From positions 106,020,001 to 106,084,000 of the forward strand of contig NC_043002.1 in the NCBI RefSeq assembly GCF_006345805.1: a stretch of DNA of 64,000 bases, read 5' to 3'. Position numbers and translations under genes: made by a program. The notes below the pieces were generated by a model. The model worked only from the letters and a program-made list of their open reading frames with translations, ran no database searches and was not told where the DNA came from. This document shows positions 1 through 12,648 of this stretch, in pieces (position 1 is the first letter of the stretch; every line of letters starts with the position of its first letter). This DNA is from Octopus sinensis (Eukaryota).

Positions 1-257
1 TATGCTTTGACACAAAGCATACAGACTTATTTTTGCTGAGAGGGTAGTAACCTTTCTTCACCATATAATTGCTACTACTCTAGGCATCTTGGAATAGGAC
101 ACAATTAATTGTCCATAAAGTTTGAATGGATTGGAAGAATATTACAGCTATTTATTCCTGCTGTCAGTTCATTCTCTTGTCAGCAGCCAATCTATTAGGA
201 CAGACACCAATAATGATGATGTCTTGATAGTAATATTAATGCCTTTATTATAATAAT

Positions 258-520
258 AATCCTTTCTACTAAAGGCACAAGGCCTGAAGTTTTGGGGGAA
301 GGGAGTAGTTGATTACATCGACTCCAGAGTTTCATTGGTACTTATTTAATCAACTCTGAAAGTATGAACGGCAAAGTCGACCTCAGCGGAATTTGAACTT
401 AGAATGTAAAGATGGACAAAATGCCACGGCAAAGTCGACCTCAGCGGAATTTGAACTTAGAATGTAAAGATGGACAAAATGCCACAAGGCATTTCATCTG
501 GTGAGCTCACTGCCTTTAAA
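258..520 (-). mobile_element. tRNA-derived SINE (family 3), reverse orientation, with an internal 58-bp tandem duplication
   Basis: Reverse complement has a B-box-like AAGTTCAAATTCC followed by a body (GAGGTCGACTTTGCC...AAGTACCAATG...GTCGATGTAATC) that recurs in + orientation at ~37715-37850 and ~61640-61820. The unit at 370-427 is repeated at 428-485. Confidence 0.7.
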
Positions 521-537
521 AAGTGTGTGTGTCTGAG

Positions 538-649
538 ATGCTTACAGCACCAAGGTTTCCTAAGCAGTCACCCATCTAAGAACTAACTAGACTCAACATT
601 ATAACTTCAGTGAATCAATGAGAACTGGTGCATTCAATGTGATATGGCC
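538..649 (-). pseudogene. 5S rRNA pseudogene (first ~6 nt missing, CpG-decayed)
   Basis: Reverse complement reads GGCCATATCACATTGAATGCACCAGTTCTCATTGATTCACTGAAGTTATAATGTTGAGTCTAGTTAGTTCTTAGATGGGTGACTGCTTAGGAAACCTTGGTGCTGTAAGCAT. This is colinear with the metazoan 5S consensus as recalled (GGCCATACCACGTTGAA...GTTAGTACTTGGATGGGTGACCGCCTGGGAA...GGTGCTGTAGGC). Many differences are CpG>TpG/CpA, plus a small deletion. Confidence 0.85.
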
Positions 650-3196
650 AAATTTGGATAAGTACCAAAGATTTGGGTAGAGGCAGGGCTGCAGTCAATT
701 TAACCAATGCCAGTATGTGACCAATATTTATTTTATCACACACCACTCCCCCACTTTGGAAGGATGCATATCAAAAGTTGACTTGAGTTGGATTTGAACT
801 CAGAATGTAAAAGACAATTTTTTTAAATGTCCATTGTTCTCCCATTTCTACTAATTGCTTCTAATAGGAGCACAAGGCCACAAATATGAGAATAGCATAT
901 AGCCAATTGAATCCAAGCCCCATTAGGCATATCTTTTACCATAGCTACACATTGACCAATCCCTTGAGTGGAATTTGATAGATAGAAACTGTGCAGAAGC
1001 CTGTCATATGTGTCTATCATTATAGGTTCACACAGATGCAAATTGCAATGAAGTGAAGAAAGTACTCAATATCATTAGGTAGAGTGGAATAACATACACA
1101 TCTGTCTGTATGTGTGAATGTTTGCAACTTCTTTTCACATAGCATGATGGTAGTAAATGAGTGTCACTATCATACAAGGCCCTAGAAAGAGTCCTGAGCA
1201 TTGTCTTCTCCTAAGTGATTAAAAAAAAAGTCTCCCAAAAGGATTATAGCTCAAAATAATAATTATTTTATAGTATAGCTGGTTAGGTTAGATTTAATGC
1301 AAGCAGCCATGGCTGTGTGGTTAAGAAACTAACTTTGAATCTACAGAGTTTTGAGTTCAATCCCACTGCAGTACACGTTTGGCCCATATCTCTGGGTTGA
1401 CCAAAGCCTTATAAGTAAAAATTACATGGATAACAAATGTATGGAAACCTTTAACATTACCTTTCCTGTTTTGAGACCAGACTTGATCTACCACCTGGTT
1501 TAACACCACCACATGGCCCTTAGGAAACTTTAGCAGAGTCCACATTGTTACAAGTACTCAGACCTGGTGTGCAGTCTAAGAATCGTTTACTTTCATTCTC
1601 CTACCAGTCTCAGAGGTTTTGCAAAGGGTCATAGGCACTTCCCTACATCCCATATCTTAAGTCTGTTGTAAACATAAAGGCTCATTAGGCCAGAGCTGAT
1701 CTCAGTTTCCAAATCAACAGAGTACAATAGTCTCACTTATAATGGGACACCAGTCAGCCATGAGATTAACACTCAGCTGAATAGACTGAAGTGTTTTGCT
1801 CAAGACCACAATATATTGCCCAGTCTTTATGATGAGTCAAACACCCTAACAACAAGAGGCCTTTCCTCTGAGTAAGCCACAGGTGAAAAACTGATCCTAA
1901 AGCAAAATCGACTTCAGTGAGAATCAAACAAAAATTTCTTATAATAGTGGGAGTAAGTAATGTTTGTGGAAAGGTGGGAATGGAACTCTGTTGGTTTTGA
2001 TGATGTTCACTTCAGTCAAATGAACACTTCCCTTATTTAATTAGCATATAAGTGGTTGAGTATGCCACAGGCATGTGCATGTACACTTAATGTGGTCCTC
2101 AAGTGGGCTTTTGAAATATAAATATAATCCATTTTCCATACAGTTTCTATCAATACATTTTCAATCACAAGATTTGAATTAAGAGGTTGTGGTAAAATGT
2201 ATTTGCACAAGATATTATTACAAGTCAAAGCCATCAGGAAGCGTTGATGCTAGGGCTAAACAGCGGTTATGTAATCCCCTACTGTCATGTTAAATTGACA
2301 GTATACCACCATTCTATAGCCCCACCACCGCACATGTCTCTATGAGATATTTAGAAATTTAATACCTCACTTTATGTTTGTAAGAAAGTGGATAATTGAA
2401 TCAATACATATGTAGATTACTGGTATTTATATAAAACAAAGGAACTCAGTACATTCAATAAAATAGCAGCCAAGCCTTTTTTTAATCATAATGATCTGAG
2501 GGACATTTGGCTGCTGTTTCTTGCAGGTTGAACAGGTATGTAGAGACTGATAGTGTATGATAGCTAGTGTTGTTATTTAACCCTATATCAACTATGATGT
2601 AACAGGTCCATTCAAATCATGAACATTCCAATTTTCTTTTAGGTAATACTCTTGAGGATCTTGTCTTTTTTAAATAGTTGGGTGAGGTTTGAAAGAAATT
2701 TGACTGCTATTTTCAGCAGGTGCAAAGACTACATACAGAGGCTCCCTTGATAGCTGCTCCTATGTCTTATATGTTGAATTAGAAAGAAGGGTGTTGTAGG
2801 TGTAGTACTTTTTTTTTACTTAGCTGAAGATCAACTCTGAGTAGTGATTAGTTAGACTTCTAAACCCTGACCATCCGATCTGATTTGAAAATATACAACA
2901 TTATCTCAGCTGTCTTTTTTTTTCTTCTTCAATTCACTAGTGTGTGAACCAAGATAGATTTAGTTGCTTTTTCTAGCTAGCTGATGCCCACACTGGCTCC
3001 TGTGTATGAGTGTGTAGTGTACACAGAATATATCTCTAGGGTATCATAGTAACCCTGTTTGGATGACCTTATTTCTGGACTGACCCAGATCATATGGCTG
3101 TTCACTAGTTGGTTGGTTGGTTAGCGAAGGGGAAGGGGCAGAGTGAAAGAGATAGAACAGTTGTGGAGAAATGGAAGTAAAGATAGTGCTTGTGTA

Positions 3197-3234
<38 letters not shown>

Positions 3235-3854
3235 CCTCATTATGTGTACTTCTTAATAGGTGTATGTGTGTTTAGGTGTGCTTCTTAATCAGGGTGTGTG
3301 TGTGTGCTTGTCTACATGCTGAGAAAAGGAAATGTGAAAAGAAAAGCTTACATTCCTTATTGCTTGACCTTTCACTGACCCAGCTGATGGGAAAGGGAGG
3401 GAGAGAAAGAGTGGTAGCAGGAGGAGGGAAAGACATTTTCAACTATTCTCTAAATGCACTTACTAACTGCCTTGGTGATGGTAGTGATGATGATCTTGTC
3501 CTGTTTACAAAGCAGTTTTACACACACACACACACATATATACCCCTTCTACTCATTAACACAGCTTCAAATATTTTGGCTGTTGGTTTGTGATGGCCTT
3601 ACCCAGCTTTAATTCCACAGTAGAATACCTACCTATATATACTCAATGCTAATACACACACATATATATATCTCAAGGGTTGAACAGAAAGAACCCAAAG
3701 AGAAAAAGTCAGACGAAAACCGGATGTTTCCATCTCAAGCACAGATGTTGGATTTTTTTCCATGTCAAGCACAAATTTTTTTAATTAATTTTTTTTTAAC
3801 TAAACACTTTGAAACTTCAGATACTGGTTGAATGTGTCATGTAGAACAGGATTT

Positions 3855-4530
3855 GGATCTTTTCGTTTTGAATAGCAGTTTTTAACATAATTTCTAGGTA
3901 ACTAAAATATTTTAAACTTCGTATACTAGTAGAATGTGTTTATAAAACATCTTTTTCTCTTGGCTTTATTGAGAAAATTCTATAGTTTGTAACATATTTG
4001 GTCTTTAATTTCTTGCATTTCAGCAATTTCAACCATTGAGGTGAAAACATTCTGTGCCGTATGAATATGTCCTTCGTTTAAGAAACACATTGGGTTTACT
4101 TACATTTGTGAAGAAAAAAAGATAACCCCACCCCCTAAATCTAAAATAGATTGAAATGCAATAGATCGATACTAGGGTCATAATTATAGGTGTCATGAAA
4201 TTGTCACCCATAATTATGACCCTAGAATCGATCTATTGCATTTCAATCTATTTTAGATTTAGGGGTGGGGGGAAGGGTATCTTTTTTTCTTCACAAATGT
4301 AAGTAAACCCAATGTGTTTCTTAAACGAGGGACATATTCATACGGCACAGAATGCTTTTTAACTCAATAGATGTTAGTGATTGGTTGAAATTGAAGAAAT
4401 TAAAGACCAAATGTGTTACAAACTATAGGATTTTCTCAATAAAGCCAAGAGAAAAAGATGTTTTATAAACACATTCTACTAGTATACGAAGTTTAAAATA
4501 TTTTAGTTAGCTAGAATTTCGAAAAGATCC
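3855..4530. mobile_element. Fold-back / MITE-like near-perfect palindrome (~310-340-bp arms, ~6-nt loop)
   Basis: The left arm (GGATCTTTTCG...TAGGGTCATAATTATAGGTG) is the reverse complement of the right arm (CACCCATAATTATGACCCTA...CGAAAAGATCC). The apex is at ~4196-4201, with two asymmetric indel patches. Confidence 0.85.
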
Positions 4531-4646
4531 CTTAAGGTTTTTGACAAAATTTTGTATTTTAGAAATTATTTCATGTTAAAGTTGTCATATTGATGGAACA
4601 GATCCCGAAAGTATATATCACACTCATGGGAGTGCATGGGACAAGG

Positions 4647-4683
<37 letters not shown>

Positions 4684-4725
4684 CACACATATATATACAC
4701 ATATATACATACATGTAAATATATA

Positions 4726-6233
4726 CGAGGGGCGTTCAATAAGTAATGCCCCTGACCCACTTCCCATAGCAGTAGAGCAACGAAACTTGGCACAGTTATT
4801 AGTCTTTTTCTACATAGAAACCACCCAGAGTTACGCATTTCTACCATCATTTGATGCAGCTCTGGAGACCGTTTTTGTAGAAGACTCCAGCTTGGTCCTC
4901 CAACCACGACGTGACGTCAGAAATCAAGGCCGCATTCTGTGCCGTATGAATATGTCCTTCGTTTAAGAAACACATTGGGTTTACTTACATTTGTGAAGAA
5001 AAAAAGATAACCCCACCCCCTAAATCTAAAATAGATTGAAATGCAATAGATCGATACTAGGGTCATAATTATAGGTGTCATGAAATTGTCACCCATAATT
5101 ATGACCCTAGAATCGATCTATTGCATTTCAATCTATTTTAGATTTAGGCCGCATCATCTGGGAAACGCTTTCCTTTCAAAAACAACTTCATGGCTGGGAA
5201 GAGGTGAAAATCCGAGGGTGCAAGGTCAAGAGAGTAGGGGCATGGGGGAGGAGTTCATAGCCGCACACCTGTGCTTCTGATCTGGCGACCATCGAGTTGT
5301 GGAACGGAGCGTTGTCCTGCAGGAGGAGGATGCCTTTGCTGATCTTGCCCCGCCTCTTGATTTTGATAGCTTCTCTTAATTTCATCAAAAGTGAAGCATA
5401 ATAGGCTCCTGTAATTGTGGTACCCTTTGCCAGGAAATCTGTCATCACTACTCCGTCCTGGTCCCAGAAGACTATGAGCATGACCTTGCTAGTGGAGGGC
5501 TGCACCCTTGCCTTCTTTGGAGGAGGTGAGTCACAGTGCTTCCACTGCACTGACTGGGCTTTTGTCTCTGGATCATAGTAATGGACCCAGGTTTCATCCT
5601 GTGTAATCAATCTTTTGAAAAATGTTGACTCATCTTGGCACATCTCCAAATTCATCCTCGAGCACTCGACGCATTCTTGCTTCCGGAAAGGTGTGAGCAA
5701 CCTGGAAATCCATCTGGCAGACACCTTTTGCATATGCAAATGGTCATGAATGATTGGTTTCTACAGACCCGGTACTAATCTTGACCTCATGGGCTATTTG
5801 CTGAATAGTTATGCGTCGATCTTCCAAAATGGCAGCCTCAACTTGATGGACAGATGCCTCATCAATAGCAGTAGGGGGCGACCAGATCTGGGAGCTGTTT
5901 CCACAGAGTTCCGACCATGTTTGAATTCACAATGCCAGCGTTTTACAAGGTCATATGATGGGGCATTATCACCATAAGTTACTTTCATTTCATCAAAAGT
6001 CTCCCGTGGTGTGCGTCCTTTCAAATATAAAAAGCGGATCACTGCCCGACACTCAACAGGCTCCATTTCACACTTGACTCAGTTCAAACACCTGTAAATC
6101 AGAAACCACAATTAGTTCAGAGCTGTAATTTACCACTTAATCTATAGAGATATAGATAATTGCACATGCAAAATTTCAGCTAGATCAAACAACTGCAAGT
6201 GGGTCAGAGGCATTACTTATTGAACGCCCCTCG
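4726..6233 (-). mobile_element. Full-length defective mariner (Tc1/mariner, DD34D-type) DNA transposon
   Basis: 37-bp TIRs with 1 mismatch (CGAGGGGCGTTCAATAAGTAATGCC[C/T]CTGACCCACTT at 4726-4762 and 6197-6233), flanked by TA on both sides, enclosing a transposase remnant. Confidence 0.95.
4799..6066 (-). pseudogene. Mariner transposase pseudogene
   Basis: N-terminal HTH region (MEPVECRAVIRFL...RSGRP), WISRLLT (WVPHEL-like motif), catalytic ITQDETW and LLQDNAP, and a frameshifted PYSLDLAPSDF motif. C-terminus ...FYVEKD*. At least three frameshifts, two internal stops near the C-terminus and a 216-bp insertion at 4933-5148. Confidence 0.92.
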
Positions 6234-9093
6234 TATATACATATATACATGCAGATATATATTTATATACACACACACAGATATATATTTACACACACAC
6301 ACATCTCCAGTCACTATATGGATTTAAAATATTAATCCTATTAACCTGCTCAACACACACACACAATAGATAACCTGTATATGCAAACCCCGAATTTTTA
6401 ATACTGCGTGTGTGTATATACTCTCCAAATTTCAATTGGACTTTGTGCAAATGGATGTAACACACACATATGCCTGTGGGGGTACTGTCTGTGTATGTTT
6501 AGTCTAGAGTCTGCTGTGGCATGGCTGTAAACTATAGTTTCAAATAGTTCTAGTACATGTTTACTGATGCAAATGAGCTTTCAACTTATACAACTACGCC
6601 TAATTCTCTCTCTCTCCCCCCCCCACACCTACCACTATTTACCTGGAGCTATTTGTGGGAGCTTCTATGTTTCAATCCACTTGCTAGAAACAGTAGTAAA
6701 TAGCCCACACTCCACCATCTCTAAAGTAGGAACAACACATCAGATAATGTAGTTTGAGATAGATTGTCTGAATAAATGACAGATTTGTTAAGACTGGCCT
6801 TAGTCAATAACAGCCACTAAATAGTTTCTAAGACATGTACATTCATTGCAAAACACTCCAACACCACCAGACTAATACACTATACTCCAGGTATTCAATC
6901 TGTTATATGTAGCAACCAAAAATTCTTTTCAAACCATACTTTCCACAACCTTTCCACAAACATTACTATATTTATTTTAAAAAAAACAGCTAAATCCATT
7001 CCAATCTACTTGATATATATAATCCAAATATTTCAATCAATCGCTCTTATTGGAGTCATCTGCCTTGCTTGTTTTTTAGGTTTTAGACACACTTTGATGA
7101 AGTTTTTATTTACTAATTGCTTGAATAATCTCAGTTGATGGAAGTTTTTCAGTTGACAGTATTACATATGTATTATATAATTCTGACAATATTACATAAT
7201 ACAATTTCCATGTGGCTCTGAGTGAATATTTTTGGATCTAAAAAATAATCAACAGATTATATCATGCATGATATTGCCAGAACACAATTATTAAAAGGCA
7301 AAACTTACTATCTTTGGTGGACACGCAAGTAGTCAATTGGCACTTCCAGAATATATGCCCCATAGCCTCATACTGACTAATGCTTTGTAAGTGGATTTTA
7401 GTAAAATCACACACACACGAGGATAGGTACCTCAGACACTGATATTGCCATGTTTTTCTGTTTGAGGTCATCAGATATCATTACATGTTAATATAAATGC
7501 ATGTGTGTGAGCAGTGTCAATGTCTGAGTTATCCTTATATCAATGTCTACTTTTGTTTCATACCTTACAAGTATGATGAAACAATATAAGACAAAATACT
7601 TGGGTAAATGTAAAACAACTGAAGGTAATGACCTCACATGGCTACAGTCCAATAACTTTGAACCAGCAAAAGCAGATGTAATTAAATAACCACAAGACAT
7701 TTTGTCAGGTGCTCTAAGTCTACTCATTAACCAACCAACTTTAATAATAAAATAAATTGTTTTTAGCAAAAGTACAAAACCAGAAATTTAGGGAAAGTAA
7801 TAATTGATTATAATGACATAATTTCTTAACTAATACTTTGAGATCCAGAAGAATAAAAGAAAAAGGTGACTTTAATAAAATTTGAACTCAGAACATAAAA
7901 AGCTCAAGCAAACACTACAAGACATTTTGTCAACATTCTAACTACAGATATAGCTACAAGGCCAGAAATTTTGAGGGAGGGAGCATTCAGTTAAAAATGA
8001 CAACTTAATTGGTAATTATTGCACTGATCCCCATAGAGATAAAAGGCAAAGTTGTGACTGTCAGCTTAAGAAGCTGCTGTGTAATCATGTGATTCTGGTT
8101 CAATCCCCTTCCATAGCACTCTACTTTGCTGCCTCATCTTATTCCACAAGCACTATTTTGCTAATTTCTACACCTCTTCTCCCACGTCAATACCCCAATG
8201 ATTGTTTTCTTTATCAAGTTTTTTTTATTTCTCCATCTCACTCAAATTCATTTTTTGTACTTGCCCTCTCTTCTGCTTCTGAACAAATGGAGCCCCTTCT
8301 GTCTTGCAGGGCACAAGGCAACTTCAGAGTGCTGGTGCCATGATAAAATATATCTAGTACACTTAGTAAACTGATTGGCAAATAAACAGAAACAGAATAG
8401 AATTGAGAGGGGATCCTAAGTCTCAGCTTGTCTTGTAGACATGACAGTCTCTTGAGAGCTAGTACCATCAAAAAAGCACTCAGTACACTAACTGATAATA
8501 GGAAAAGAATCCAGCAATAGAAAAACAAGACCCAGGAAAGCACTAACTTTGGAATTGCCTTGAAACATGATAACCTGTTCAACCCATGTCAGTAGTTATA
8601 AAATTGTAATGGGTAAGTGTGTGTGAGTCTTTTTGGTGATGCATACTGACAAGACACCAAAATAATCTGAACAATTCTTTGTAGAGTGAACAGGTGATTG
8701 ATTTGTTGGGAACTTGTAACCAAGGACACTATTGTTCATCAATTGCAATATAATATGAGTACTCTCTACCCATCCCCATAGGAATTAAAATTACAATGAA
8801 AAAGGTTGTAAGAAAATACTGAGCATCAATTTGTCCATCTGATGAGCTACTGATTCTGCTTGCCACCTACCAGCCTAAATGACAATGTTGATGATGTTGC
8901 TAATATATTTCCTTAAAATAGAGAAATATTTTCCTTGTATAACTATAACTCTCCCCCACCATATGCATAGAGTTTGATGTAGGTGTGTGTGAGTGTAAGT
9001 TTCTCTTGTAAACTTGTGCAGCAATGAGAGGCAGGGGTGGTGGTGCTAAGGTACTCAATGCACACAGTGTATTCATCTATTCAAAGATGAGAC

Positions 9094-9097
<4 letters not shown>

Positions 9098-9138
<41 letters not shown>
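9098..9138. repeat. (CA)n microsatellite; representative of dozens of (TA)n, (CA/GT)n and (CAT/GAT)n tracts in the window
   Basis: Pure dinucleotide run. Similar tracts at 12606-12642 (TA), 13201-13244 (GT), 22912-22964 (TA) and 55816-55843 (AAT). Confidence 0.95.
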
Positions 9139-9140
<2 letters not shown>

Positions 9141-9840
9141 TTGTTTGTTTGCCATTGTCTTTTGAATTGTAGTTTTTGTTATTTCTATTTATTGTTGTTG
9201 TCATTGTTTTATTGTTATTGTTATTATCATTATTGTTACAAGTGACATTTTAGTCTGTTAACAACCCAATTGTGTGAGGTTGTTTAGATTGAAAAGGTTA
9301 TAGTGTCTGTCTCTGCTACACAAAGGGGAAATTACTATTTTGTTGACCTCTATAAGGAAACCCACCAATCACAGAGTGGAGATGTTGTACAGTTGAGGCC
9401 TAAGTGTGTAGTGGTTGGTGAGTATATATGCTATGTATAGTGGCTGGTGTTTGTATGCATATAGTGTGCAGTGGATAGTAAGTATATAGTATTGTGTGTG
9501 TATTGGGGTGTGTAGTTGTATACTGTTTAAGGGATAAGGACAGTTGCAATGAATGAGAAAGAGGAAACGAAGAAGAGAGTGAGTGAGCTGTGTCAGGTGT
9601 GTACAAATTACTAGTGTTTCAAAGTTAATTACCTGGAATCATATATCTGACCTGCCACTTGAGTTGAACTGTAACAATGACCCTTTCTTATCCTTTCTAT
9701 AAAAACAAGATCATCATCATCATCACTATTTTATAATAGATTCATACATAGTAGTGATAATGATTGTTGTTGAGATTTAGCCTTGGGTCAGTCAATGAGA
9801 GCAGGCCTGTAATCAAAAGTGTTCCATGATATCTTCATCT

Positions 9841-10063
9841 TTAACCCTTTAGTATTCTAACCAGCCTTATCAGACCCAAATATTCTACCTGGTTTATGGT
9901 CAAACTAACCAGATTGGGCCTCTCACACCTATGCTACTATGTCATTCTAAAAGTAAACAATCATGTCATTGAAATTTTATAGCTGCATGATAATGCATGA
10001 TTAATTTAAAACAGGTCAAATAAATAAGCGTTATATTTGGTTATCAGAATGCTAAAAGCTTAA
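9841..10063. mobile_element. TTAA-flanked MITE (piggyBac-like), family A
   Basis: Ends TTAACCCTTTAGTATTCT and AGAATGCTAAAAGCTTAA are imperfect inverted repeats with TTAA at both ends. A homologous copy lies in opposite orientation at 51265-51492. Confidence 0.65.
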
Positions 10064-10814
10064 TACTTAAGGTACTTCCTTCAGTATTCAAATGTGATGT
10101 CACTGTGGAGCCCAAGGTCAACACTAATCATTTGAGCTATGATCAGAGGTATTCCAGCCATGACCACACAACGTGATATGTTTCAGGCAATATCTCAAGA
10201 GCTTATCAAACCATTCTACCCACACCAGCATGGAAAACAGATATTAAATAATGATGACAATTTGTATATCAGAAATGTGTGTGTGTGTAAATCTGGAACC
10301 ATGTGGTAGAGAAGTGAATTTCTTAACCATTTTATATGCCTACATATGAATGAGGACACACACTAAAGTGAACACATATTCTTACAACCCGATACTGAAT
10401 GGACCAATCGAGTAATGACTATGCATTCAGGCAACCTACAAGAAACAGCAGCCATATCTTCCATATCATGCTACCACATATATAAAGAAGCATTTATTGG
10501 ACAGTGTAGTCTATGATATACAAAAAGATGGGATAACAACTGGAATACTATGCATATTTTTTTAAACAAAAGTCAGCTGGCTCAGTGCTAATCTGGGACT
10601 AAACAATATTACATATTGAATTTTGTTAACATGTACAAACAAGATAACCATATAAAATATACATGGACCATTATAGTCATTTTTACTTTATTTTATGATA
10701 ATAATTCTATAAAATATGAAAGTCTTTCATCAGTCACTTAAAACCTGGTCACTGATACTCTCTTCCACTCACGCAGCAACGCATGTCCAGCCCTGTTAAG
10801 AGTACCCCTGATGC

Positions 10815-11157
10815 ATCAGGCAATATGAGAAGACCTGTTGAGTCAAGTAAAACCAATATCATAACTCTGGCCAGCCGATCGTGGCTGATGCCAGTGACCC
10901 CTGATTCGCTCGTGCCAGTGACATGTAAAAAGCACCATCTGAACATGATCGATGTCAGGCTCGCTTGACTGTCTCCCGTGCCAGTGGCACATAAAAAGCA
11001 CCCACTACACTCTCGGTGTGGTTGGCATTAGGAAGGGCATCCAGCTGTAGAAATATGGCCAGATCAAATTGGAGCCTGGTGCAGCTGCTGGCTCTCCAGA
11101 CCTCAGTCAAACCATCCAGCTCATGCCAGGATGGAAAACGGACATTAAATGATGATG
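10815..11157 (+). mobile_element. SINE-like repeat (family 2) ending in a (GAT)n tail
   Basis: Shares the core GTGGTTGGCATTAGGAAGGGCATCCAGCTGTAGAAA and the tail CATTAAATGATGATG with about 10 other copies in the window. Confidence 0.75.
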
Positions 11158-12006
11158 GAAAGAATGGAAGGTAAAGTTGCTGTTAATTGGATTTGATCTC
11201 ACACTGTAAAGAGCCAGAGTAAATACTGTAAAGGATATTTTGTCTGACTTTCTAATGATTCTGCCAATCCCTTCATATATAAGTAATATTAATGGATTGA
11301 GAAAATACTTTCAGTATAGGAAAAATTCTGAGCGTTTAAAATCTAAAAGCAAGAGAGAACTGGGCAAGCGAGTGGCAGTCAATCTTTATAATGGAAACAC
11401 AGTTCTCTCAGTTTCACTGTTTTGTTTAGTTAGTTTTTAAATAGCTGATACTATCTGGTTGTCATAACACCTGGCAAAAATGTTGCTGTTTTTTGGTGAC
11501 AGGACAGCATTTTAACTTAGAATATACAGGGCTGGAATAGATACTCTGTCTGACAATCCCAGTAATTTACTGCTCAGGAGTGGTACTTGTTTTATCAACT
11601 CCCAAAAGATGGAAAGCAAAGTTGATCTTTGCAGGACTTGACCTCGGAGCACAGAGTATACATAACAGCATTTCACAACCTTATCACACTTGGGGCAATA
11701 TTTCAAATTCATTTTATGTTTCAAGGAACTCTTACATAAAAATTATTATATATTGGTGTAAATATTCTTCTGTCAAAGTTAAATTTCATGATTGATTGAA
11801 CAAATCATAAAACTGGCTTTGAATGGTTTGACAGTGATAATTCTATCAAACATCACAAAGAACATCTTTCTTAGATGTTCTTTCTGATGTTTGATGTCTG
11901 AACCAAGATCTTGTTTTGAGCTAATTCCTCCACAATTACCGATTAAAAGGTTATTTTTCAGCTGTTGTCCCCTTAATACTAACAGATGCTTGCACTTTGA
12001 ATATAA

Positions 12007-12148
12007 CATCATCATCATCATCATCGTTTAGCGTCCGTTTTCCATGCTAGCATGGGTTGGACGGTTCTACTGGGGTCTGTGAAGCCAGAAGGCTTCATCA
12101 GGCCCAGTCAAATCTGGCAGTGTTTCTACGGCTGGATGCCCTTCCTAA
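12007..12148 (-). mobile_element. Family 2 SINE 3' fragment, reverse orientation
   Basis: (CAT)n followed by CGTTTAGCGTCCGTTTTCCATGCTAGCATGGGTTGGACGG...GCTGGATGCCCTTCCTAA, the reverse complement of the family 2 3' end. Confidence 0.8.
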
Positions 12149-12603
12149 ACTATATAAAATTAAACACAAAAATGACTTTAAAATATATTTACATATAACT
12201 ATCACTATTTCTCCCAGAAGCTCTTGTGACTGTTGATAAAGCCCAACGGTTCTGGGGAAATCTTAGTTGGAAACACTGATAGAGAAGGGTGCAACTATTT
12301 ATTAACTGTTCATTTGTGCAGATCGTGAAATCTAGATATTTCTTATTTATCCAACTTGATGTAGCATCAAGTGAAATCTGATAATCATCATTGTGAACTG
12401 AGATGAGGTTTTAAAACTTCATCTAAACATGTTAGGTGTTATATGAATGTTAACTTTAAAGCTATTAATTTTCATTAGTGTGTTTCTACACCATCTACAT
12501 AGTGCTAGCCAGAATATATTTGTATTCACATATATATATATTTAAAAATTTTTCTTCATTCTTTGACTATTGAGGAATTTTTATGAAAAAAAAAATATAA
12601 ATA

Positions 12604-12648
<45 letters not shown>

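Noticed and set aside
7024-7064. Possible second hammerhead on the - strand (CAGATGA...GAAA)
   Set aside because: The core has U4>A and stems II and III cannot be built convincingly.
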